From: an uncultured Alphaproteobacteria bacterium
GTDB lineage: Bacteria > Pseudomonadota > Alphaproteobacteria > RF32 > CAG-239
Assembly (NCBI GenBank): GCA_944391485.1
Contig: CALXTQ010000020.1
Span: 1,849 to 65,848 of the forward strand
Length of the DNA: 64,000 nucleotides
Direction of reading: 5' to 3'
Shown: positions 10,189-17,170 of the stretch, in pieces
Numbering within the stretch: position 1 is the stretch's first letter
Layout of the letters: every line of letters starts with the position of its first letter
Notes under the pieces: generated by a model
Databases searched by the model: none
Seen by the model: only the letters and a program-made list of their open reading frames with translations
What the model was told of the DNA's origin: nothing
Program-made: the position numbers and the translations under genes

Positions 10189-11619
10189 TTACTTCCCTTC
10201 CATTTCCTTGGCTAGTTCGGAAACGAGTTTCCAGTTCTGGCTTTTGTAAGCTTCTAACAAGGGGAGATAGTAGCGAGAATTTTTGCCTTCTCCTATATAT
10301 GGTATTCTTCTGACGCCGCCGGCTTTATCTTCTTTTCGCATAGCCAGCAAGGTTGTATAAGATATGCCTAAAAATGCCGCGGTTTGTTTAATATTCAACC
10401 AATTTGAACGAGCGGCAATATCAAATGCTTCTTGTTTTTTAGCACTATCAAGGTCATTTAAATAAAACTCTGATAATTCTGCGGCGTAATCACTAAACCC
10501 ACTACTCTCTAATGCCTTTACAAAGGAGCGAATAGAATTACTCATAGTTTTAACAACATTTGCAGAAAATACAATCTGCTTGAAATTAACATGTTTTGTA
10601 AATGTAATATTCTTAACTCTGAGTTCATTCAAAAATATAACATTAACAATCTGACCATAATGAAAGTTTACATCAGAAAAGGATACTTTACCCCCAAAAA
10701 TTGTATTGCTAAATATAATTTTCAATTTAGATATATTAGATAATAAAAAATTTGCCTGTTCTGAAAAAGTACAATTTCTTAAAATAAGAGCTGAATAACA
10801 CCCTTTTTGTATTTTATCAATCTCAAAATTACCATTGAATATACAGTTTTCAAACTTTAACAAACTTATTACTGTTTGAAAATTTCTATTTAATCCCGTT
10901 TTCCAATAACTAACCCGACAATTAAAAATGCAATTTTTGAACATAAATGATTTATCTCTTAAAAATAAACGTTCAGCTCCGCTGAAAGCACAATTCTCAA
11001 AAATTACTGTTCTGATATCTACATAATCAATAAATCTGAAAAGATTATCATTTTCTTCACTTGAAGAAATATTCATATTTTTCAAATGCAAGCACAAATT
11101 ATTAAATCCTAATGATTTTAATTCTATATCAGAAAAAGGAGGTTCAAAAACAGACCGAACCTCTTGCTCTGCAAAACAATACTCTTCCTCAAAGTTTTCC
11201 AAAAACTTTTTTAATTTAGCTTCATCCTTTACTATAAAATTACGATCATATCCTCTTTGGGCGTATAACTTTACTTTCTCGGACGGCAAATCAGGTTGTT
11301 TTAAATTGTAATTGAATATTGTCGCTAAAATGCACAAGAATGACTTAAGTGCATCTGCATAGTAAGGGTAATATTGGTCTAAATATTCATTTTTTACCTT
11401 TATTGGAGCTTCTTTTTTAGAAGGAAGGCTAAAAAGAAAATTTTTTACTGATTGAAAAACTTTATAATTATTTCCTGTTTCTTTTATATACTCATCATAT
11501 TGAGCCATTAAATCCTTGATGGAACTACCGGCATTTTCAATATCCGGTTCTCTTAATCTTAAAAAAACATCTGACAATCTCATCATATACAGTAGGCAAA
11601 ATTCTTTAAGCTGTTCCAT
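10189..11619 (-). CDS. Pentapeptide-repeat-like protein with a C-terminal excisionase/MerR-type HTH (HTH_17-like)
   Basis: The central region has degenerate A(D/N)(L/F)xx-type repeats (ENCAFSGAERLFLRDKSFMFKNCIFNCRVSYW...FENCIFNGNFEID...LRNCTFSEQANFLLSNISKLKIIFSNTIFGGKVSFSDVNFHYG). The C-terminus is NIKQTAAFLGISYTTLLAMRKEDKAGGVRRIPYIGEGKNSRYYL. Confidence 0.5.
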   Translation of the reverse strand: MEQLKEFCLLYMMRLSDVFLRLREPDIENAGSSIKDLMAQYDEYIKETGNNYKVFQSVKNFLFSLPSKKEAPIKVKNEYLDQYYPYYADALKSFLCILATIFNYNLKQPDLPSEKVKLYAQRGYDRNFIVKDEAKLKKFLENFEEEYCFAEQEVRSVFEPPFSDIELKSLGFNNLCLHLKNMNISSSEENDNLFRFIDYVDIRTVIFENCAFSGAERLFLRDKSFMFKNCIFNCRVSYWKTGLNRNFQTVISLLKFENCIFNGNFEIDKIQKGCYSALILRNCTFSEQANFLLSNISKLKIIFSNTIFGGKVSFSDVNFHYGQIVNVIFLNELRVKNITFTKHVNFKQIVFSANVVKTMSNSIRSFVKALESSGFSDYAAELSEFYLNDLDSAKKQEAFDIAARSNWLNIKQTAAFLGISYTTLLAMRKEDKAGGVRRIPYIGEGKNSRYYLPLLEAYKSQNWKLVSELAKEMEGK

Positions 11620-11640
11620 ACTATCACAGTATATATATTC

Positions 11641-11838
11641 TCATTGTTGTATGGGAGCTGCGAGGCTTTTGGCATATTCTCTCGTTAAAACACTATCAAG
11701 ACAACTCTTAGGAAAATCAAAACTAAAATTTTCAATATTTTGTTGGTTTAATGAAGGGATTTCTTCATCAACTTTGGCCTCACTTATGTAAGTATCTTTT
11801 TCAAATTGATAATCTTTAATATTATTCCAATTCATCAT
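11641..11838 (-). CDS. Small acidic hypothetical protein (65 aa), possibly co-transcribed with the downstream pentapeptide/HTH gene
   Basis: The ORF ends 22 nt before the start of the 476-aa gene and has a purine-rich stretch before its ATG. There are no motifs, so support is low. Confidence 0.25.
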   Translation of the reverse strand: MMNWNNIKDYQFEKDTYISEAKVDEEIPSLNQQNIENFSFDFPKSCLDSVLTREYAKSLAAPIQQ

Positions 11839-12380
11839 TTTTACCCCTAAAAACCAATTAAAACGATTATTATCATATATCTATTTAATTTTATTTAACA
11901 CTCAAAAATTGCGATTCCTTTACATCTAAAACAAAATATTTCCATTTTCTCACAAATCTTGCAAAACTTTTTACCTTAAGAAATCTATCAATATCTATTG
12001 ATATCTATTTAAAACCTACAAAGCATAAAATCATTGAAAAACAATGTGTTGACTTACATTTTGTTTTGAGCCAATACTGTTCTTGTCAGGTAGCAATACC
12101 CATGGTTAACAAAATTACGAAAGGAAAAACGATGACTGTTGTAGCATATATCATAGCTTCTTTGGTAAAAGCTTACCGTCTTAAAAAAGAAGCCAAACGC
12201 ATGGAAAACATTGTCAGAGCTGCAGGCTTTGCATACTAACTTCGGTTTATAAAACCTAAACCTTATTTAACCCCTGAAATTTAACCGTTTTAACTCAAAT
12301 GACCGACAGGAAAGCCTGTTTGTCAAACAGAATTATTATGCTCTTTTTTAACTAATATTCATTTTTGAAAGGAAATTAAA

Positions 12381-12884
12381 ATGCAAAACTTTTTGAACAA
12401 ATATAATGCCGTAAAGCTTGAAAACACTCAAGACGAAGGCAAATTAACCCTTGATAGTAGCAAAAAACGTATCTTAAAAATGCTTGATGAGAATATGAAA
12501 CACATCAAAAACAACTCTTGGAACATTAAAAACCGTATGAACAAGTTGATTGTTGATACCGAAACCAATTCAATCTTTACTTTGCGTTTAGGGGGCAAGA
12601 AAATAATCAAATATTCTCTTTATCTCTTAAATGACCGAGAAAAGCTCAATTTCTTGTCTGATTTTTACGATAGCATTGTCAATAATGAGTTTGATACCGA
12701 GATTTTGAATTTCATATCTCAAGAACTTGAAAACTCACAAAAACGCAGAAAAGCTTCTTTGGAACGTCGTAAACTCAAAAAGCAACAAGAAAAGGAAGAA
12801 GCAACCAAACGCACAATTGCAGCAGCCAGTTCTTTGATTGAAGAAACAATGTCGCAATCTCTGCCGCGTTACGCTCAGTTGTAG
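12381..12884 (+). CDS. Hypothetical protein (167 aa) with a Lys/Arg/Glu-rich C-terminal tail
   Basis: RBS AAAGGAAA before the ATG. An intrinsic terminator follows. No recognisable domain. Confidence 0.45.
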   Translation: MQNFLNKYNAVKLENTQDEGKLTLDSSKKRILKMLDENMKHIKNNSWNIKNRMNKLIVDTETNSIFTLRLGGKKIIKYSLYLLNDREKLNFLSDFYDSIVNNEFDTEILNFISQELENSQKRRKASLERRKLKKQQEKEEATKRTIAAASSLIEETMSQSLPRYAQL

Positions 12885-12907
12885 TTTCATACAACAATAT
12901 TAAAAAA

Positions 12908-12930
12908 GGAGGCTTTTGCCTCCTTTATCT
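12908..12930. terminator. Bidirectional intrinsic terminator between convergent genes
   Basis: GGAGGC-TTTT-GCCTCC hairpin (12908-12923) flanked by an A-run upstream and TTTATCTTTAT downstream. Confidence 0.65.
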
Positions 12931-12951
12931 TTATAAAATAGATACTAAAAT

Positions 12952-13458
12952 CTATAACGATTTTAGTACCCGCCAATCAATTTTCCAAATAAACCCTAGA
13001 ACAAATAATAAAGGATAGATCATTGCATATACATAATCATAAAGTGTATTATAAACACTATATTTCAATAAAATGACACAAGCTAAACCACCTACAACAA
13101 ATGGTAATACTATATTTAATTTTCTTACATTTATTATATAGGATAAGCGATACATGCTTATAATATGGTTTATTTCAATAAATTTATTATATTCATCAGT
13201 TATACTGTTTAAATCGTGCAAATATACCAGTAAATTGCGATACCAGACAATCGATAAAGTATATACTAGCATCACTATATAATATAAGTAATTGAAATTT
13301 TCTGATGGCTTAACATCATTAGAATAAAGCAATATCGCTATGCCAACTATTGAAGAACATAACGCACTATAATATTTATGAACGCTAGATATTAAACCAT
13401 ATATGTCTTTGATTTGCTCATTTAATATATTAAATTGATCTAAAATGCTTATTTTCAT
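12952..13458 (-). CDS. Small integral membrane protein (168 aa from MKISILD)
   Basis: Several hydrophobic spans (IVGIAILLYS..., YLYYIVMLVYTLSIVWY, IVLPFVVGGLACVILL, AMIYPLLFVLGFIW). AGAGGA lies upstream of ATG 13456-13458. It sits directly downstream of the Fic gene; the longer track ORF would overlap that gene. Confidence 0.45.
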   Translation of the reverse strand: MKISILDQFNILNEQIKDIYGLISSVHKYYSALCSSIVGIAILLYSNDVKPSENFNYLYYIVMLVYTLSIVWYRNLLVYLHDLNSITDEYNKFIEINHIISMYRLSYIINVRKLNIVLPFVVGGLACVILLKYSVYNTLYDYVYAMIYPLLFVLGFIWKIDWRVLKSL

Positions 13459-13514
13459 AACATTACTATCCTCTTTACAAAACATAATTTTTTCTTCAAG
13501 CAATACACGTCCGA

Positions 13515-14453
13515 CTATTCCATCATGATTTTCTGAACTTCGGCTTTTTGTTCTTGGGCGAACAAGGCATAGCCGGACGGGGTAAATGCTATTGGCCTTA
13601 ATTTTCCTTCTTTCATCCAATAACGAATGGTTGAAGTTGGAACATCGCACAACTTGGCAAATTTAGATATGGTAAGCAATGATTTATTAGGTTCTTGCTT
13701 ATGAACATCCAACAAATCAATCATCATTTTAAGCGAACGATTCAATGCCGAAAGCATAAATTTATAATAAGGCTCGCTATTCTCCCTTGTTTGATATGTT
13801 TCCAAAGCATTCAAATATCTCTTTCTATCAATAGGACGAATGATTATCGGAGCGTATCCGCTTTCAAGCAACATACTGTTAAGCAACAACCTTGCCGTAC
13901 GACCGTTACCATCAATAAATGGATGGATTGTTACCAAACGATAATGAGCTTCAATCGCTTTGAGCAGCATATCATCTTCTTTTTGCAACAACCAAGCAGA
14001 AAACTCTTTCATCAAATCAGGAACTTTAAGCGGGTTTGGAAGAATTGTTTGTGAACCGGATATTCTCACTCGGACACTCCGATAAAAACCGGCATTACCA
14101 TCATCAATGCCCGATAAAATAATTTTGTGTATCTGCAAGATATAGTTTTCATCAATTTTAACCGCCTTGGCCGCAGATGTTTGAATAAATTCAAAGGCTT
14201 TTGCATGGTTAATTGCTTCCAGATAATCATTGATAGGCTTTGCTCCGGAGGTAATTCTTTCTTCAATGGCCATCTCAGTTTCTTTTCGGGTTAAGGTATT
14301 ACCCTCAATCGCATTGGAAGTATAAGCAAGCTCTGTTTTCAGCCATTTATCAAGAACCTTTTGATTATCCTTATTTTTCAATAGCTTTTGCAAAATAGCT
14401 TTATTTTCTTCTATTTTTGATCTTATTTCCTGCATGACGGCCTCATACTTCAT
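13515..14453 (-). CDS. fic: Fic-family protein (AMPylase-type) with an N-terminal inhibitory-helix motif and a C-terminal HTH
   Basis: Canonical Fic motif HPFIDGNGRTARLL. N-terminal TSNAIEGNT matches the (S/T)xxxE(G/N) auto-inhibition motif. The C-terminus is PTSTIRYWMKEGKLRPIAFTPSGYALF (MerR/Xis-like HTH). Confidence 0.9.
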   Translation of the reverse strand: MKYEAVMQEIRSKIEENKAILQKLLKNKDNQKVLDKWLKTELAYTSNAIEGNTLTRKETEMAIEERITSGAKPINDYLEAINHAKAFEFIQTSAAKAVKIDENYILQIHKIILSGIDDGNAGFYRSVRVRISGSQTILPNPLKVPDLMKEFSAWLLQKEDDMLLKAIEAHYRLVTIHPFIDGNGRTARLLLNSMLLESGYAPIIIRPIDRKRYLNALETYQTRENSEPYYKFMLSALNRSLKMMIDLLDVHKQEPNKSLLTISKFAKLCDVPTSTIRYWMKEGKLRPIAFTPSGYALFAQEQKAEVQKIMME

Positions 14454-14470
14454 GGTTTTTATATTTATAA

Positions 14471-14499
14471 ACTATAAACCTCAAAGTCCCAAATGTCAA
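14471..14499 (-). promoter_or_regulatory. Predicted sigma70 promoter for the Fic gene at 13515-14453
   Basis: On the minus strand: TTGACA (14499-14494), 17-nt spacer, TATAGT (14476-14471). This is about 20 nt upstream of the ATG. Confidence 0.45.
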
Positions 14500-14590
14500 T
14501 CAATACTTCATAGTTGCATAAAAATAAAAGTATGAAGTTTATTGATAATGAAAAATCTATATTTCTGTTACCATTTTCCCGAGCAATACA

Positions 14591-14699
14591 AAATCCTTCT
14601 TGACTATAGAAACCGGTGGGGTATGGTGGTTATAAAATAATTAAAAGGGTGAGACAGTTGGGTGTGTTTCAGAGTTCGGCAAAAACCGCACATCCAGAA
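14591..14699. repeat. Conserved element, copy 1 (upstream of Fic gene 1). Weaker similarity continues to about 14885
   Basis: AAATCCTTCTTGACTATAGAAACCGGTGGGGTATGGTGGTTATAAAATAATTAAAAGGGTGAGACAGTTGGGTGTGTTT..AAAAACCGC is about 93% identical to 16040-16138. Confidence 0.8.
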
Positions 14700-14888
14700 G
14701 AAAAAATCATGCTTTTTCATGAGGTTGGCTTTTGTAAGACTACGGCTTCCAGCCTTAGTGTTTCAAAGTGTTCTTAAAAGCATGTTTCTGCAGCAAAATG
14801 TTCTTTTTTCTTACCGGTGCTCTTGAGCTAATTTTGCATATTTTTCTTATATTTTGTTTACTTGTCTTAAAGTGCTTCATTTATCAAT

Positions 14889-15929
14889 TTACAACACTTC
14901 CCAATAACCACCTTTAGCAGCTCCGATACGACGTATTTTGTTTTCTTTTTTCAAGGTTTCTAAATGCCATTTTATGCTATCCTCTGTCGTATTAAGGCGT
15001 TTGGCAAGTTCTTTTCTGCTGGCTTTGGGATCAATACGTAACACATCAAGAATTTTCTGGGTGGTTTTCTGGGTGGAATTTGGACTTTTCTGGGTGGTTT
15101 TCTGGGGGGAAATATCTTTAATTTGCATTTCTCTGTTATCCAACAGATTATTTTCTCCCAATAACAAATTACCAAAAAACTTATTCAAATACTCCATTGT
15201 ATATGGAATATCCTTTTCCAAATTTTGATAATTTGCTCTCACCAACGCATTTCTGAAATATTTCGAATGTTTTTCAAATAAATCATTATTTGTCTTAAAA
15301 CCAAGAGTATATAAATATTTAATTGTAAAAACTGCTGTGGCTCTGGTATTTCCTTCACCAAACGGATGTATCTGCCATATACCGGAAATAAATTTAGCTA
15401 AATGAGCAACTTTTTCAGCTTTACTTAATCCCATATAATTAAAGTTTTTCTCAGTTTGAAAATCATAATCCAACGTTTCTTTAAGACTATCTGAACGTCC
15501 GTATATAACCGTATCTCCATTCAAAATAGGTTCATCTTTGGTAATGTCATATGTTCGTAACTTTCCGGCGATTTCATCATCAAATATGCCACTAAATAAG
15601 GCTTTATGAATAGAAATATATTCCATCGGACTAAAAGAAAAAGTATGTGTGCTTAATATTTTAGCTATGCGAGCGGAAACTTCATCGGCTTCTTTCTCTC
15701 CTTGTTCTTTTAGCGTTATTGCCGGATTTATCTTATAATATTGTTTTACTTGCTCGGCAGCTTCATCAATAGATATCTTACCTTCAATATTATCTTTGGC
15801 AACTTCTATCAAATATTTTGACGGTAACAATCCGTCTACCTGTTGCAAACCAATGGCAACGCCCCAATTTTCTGCTTTTTTTTGCTTATCTGGTTCGCCT
15901 TGTTTTTTATATTCTTCAAAATCGCTCAT
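14889..15929 (-). CDS. Fic/Doc-family protein with a non-canonical motif and a C-terminal winged-helix domain
   Basis: Fic-like motif HPFGEGNTRATAV (HPFxEGN present; G->T and the second Arg absent compared with HPFx[DE]GNGRxxR). Low-complexity QKTTQKSPNSTQKTTQK repeat. C-terminal wHTH ASRKELAKRLNTTEDSIKWHLETLKKENKIRRIG. Confidence 0.8.
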   Translation of the reverse strand: MSDFEEYKKQGEPDKQKKAENWGVAIGLQQVDGLLPSKYLIEVAKDNIEGKISIDEAAEQVKQYYKINPAITLKEQGEKEADEVSARIAKILSTHTFSFSPMEYISIHKALFSGIFDDEIAGKLRTYDITKDEPILNGDTVIYGRSDSLKETLDYDFQTEKNFNYMGLSKAEKVAHLAKFISGIWQIHPFGEGNTRATAVFTIKYLYTLGFKTNNDLFEKHSKYFRNALVRANYQNLEKDIPYTMEYLNKFFGNLLLGENNLLDNREMQIKDISPQKTTQKSPNSTQKTTQKILDVLRIDPKASRKELAKRLNTTEDSIKWHLETLKKENKIRRIGAAKGGYWEVL

Positions 15930-15986
15930 TTTTAACCCAAACTTTACATTGATTCTTGGCTATTATTATGTCTTCTAATTTCTAAA

Positions 15987-16015
15987 ATTATAGTAAAGAT
16001 TATATTTTATCTCAA
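15987..16015 (-). promoter_or_regulatory. Predicted sigma70 promoter for the Fic gene at 14889-15929
   Basis: On the minus strand: TTGAGA (16015-16010), 17-nt spacer, TATAAT (15992-15987). This is about 55 nt upstream of the ATG at 15929. Confidence 0.45.
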
Positions 16016-16039
16016 TCTGTAATTTATCACATCCTAAAA

Positions 16040-16138
16040 AAATCCTTCTTGACTATAGAAACCGGTGGGGTATGGTAGTTATAAATCAATTAAAAGGGTG
16101 AGACAGTTAGGTGTGTTTTAAAGTTCGGAAAAACCGCC
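16040..16138. repeat. Conserved element, copy 2 (upstream of Fic gene 2). Weaker similarity continues to about 16380
   Basis: About 93% identical to 14591-14699, in the same orientation. Confidence 0.8.
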
Positions 16139-16580
16139 CTTTAGCCTGAAAAAATGGCGTTTTTTCATTGACTTGGATTTTTGGGTTTTATGCCTTCCAG
16201 CCACCCCAGCCACAGTTCAAAAATCGTCAGAAATGGCGATTTTTTCTTTATAAATCAACAACTTAACCGAGTCCGAAAATTTATATCATTACAGGCTTAA
16301 ATATGAATCATCTTCGGACTACTTTTTATGACTTTCATTAAAAATCAATAACTTAACTAAAGGCATTCTTTCATAGCCTTTTGGGATTATCATTTATCCA
16401 AAGCCGGATTTGAAGCCTGCCTACAATAAAAGTTTTTGACGTTACCGACGATTTATTTTGGCTCCGGCGGCTAGCCCCAGAGGTTACAGCATACGGCTCT
16501 GGTCTGCTGGTTGTCGCACCTGTACTCTCCGGTCGGGATATGCCTATCCTCTGCCACACATCGGCTAAGCTTAAAAATGA

Positions 16581-17069
16581 TTAGTCAAAATTGAAGGAAC
16601 CCTTTACGTGCAAGCTTAAAATAGATGTATGCGTTTTTAGTAGATATTTTAACTTCTTTTCCAACTTACCGAGAAGTTGTAAACCTAATCTATATGCAAA
16701 TCTTGTGGTTTGCATTTGGTCATTGTAAAATTCTTTACTAGATGTTGCTAAAAAGCTATCTACACCATCTTTATTAATTCTTGCATCTTCTGCATAGCAC
16801 TTACATTGAATTGCCCAATACTCATTATCTGTTGTTAAAGCAACCAAATCTATACCTGTGTCTTTACCACTAAAATCTTTTCTATATGGAAAATCCTCCC
16901 AAAGCCAAATTTCTTTGAATTTTCCTGTATATTTAGGAGTAATCATCAAATATGATTTCATTAATCTTTCAAATCTTGTGCCTTTATCTCTTTCTGAAAA
17001 AGACTCATTTCTAAATTTATTTAAAACGTCAGTAAAAGATAAAATTGGTGCAGACATCAGAATCTCCAT
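16581..17069 (-). pseudogene. Truncated Mrr-type (PD-(D/E)xK, Mrr_cat-like) restriction endonuclease domain gene (162 aa; C-terminal partner domain missing)
   Basis: Motifs FERLMKSYL...GKDTGIDLVAL...YWAIQCKCY (D...QxK Mrr_cat signature). This domain is normally the N-terminus of a much larger helicase/restriction protein. Here the ORF stops and is followed by an odd GC-rich non-coding segment. Confidence 0.5.
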
Positions 17070-17170
17070 AGATGGTTGATTAACTTAATCAAACACTTAA
17101 AAGAGTTCAAAAAGATGGTGCTGATGATAGAGAAGATGTAAATATCGTGCATATAATTAAATACTATATT

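Noticed and set aside
15040-15125. Direct repeats GGTGGTTTTCTGGG x3
   Set aside because: These are in-frame coding repeats of the Fic gene (QKTTQK/PQKSPNSTQ low-complexity linker), not a non-coding repeat element.
16371-16559. 62-aa ORF in the GC-rich odd segment. Also tried to fold the segment as tRNA/tmRNA 3' end or group II intron domain V
   Set aside because: The translation is not protein-like. There is no cloverleaf, no CCA/T-loop arrangement, and no paired domain-V halves. It is left as an unexplained non-coding anomaly (see findings).
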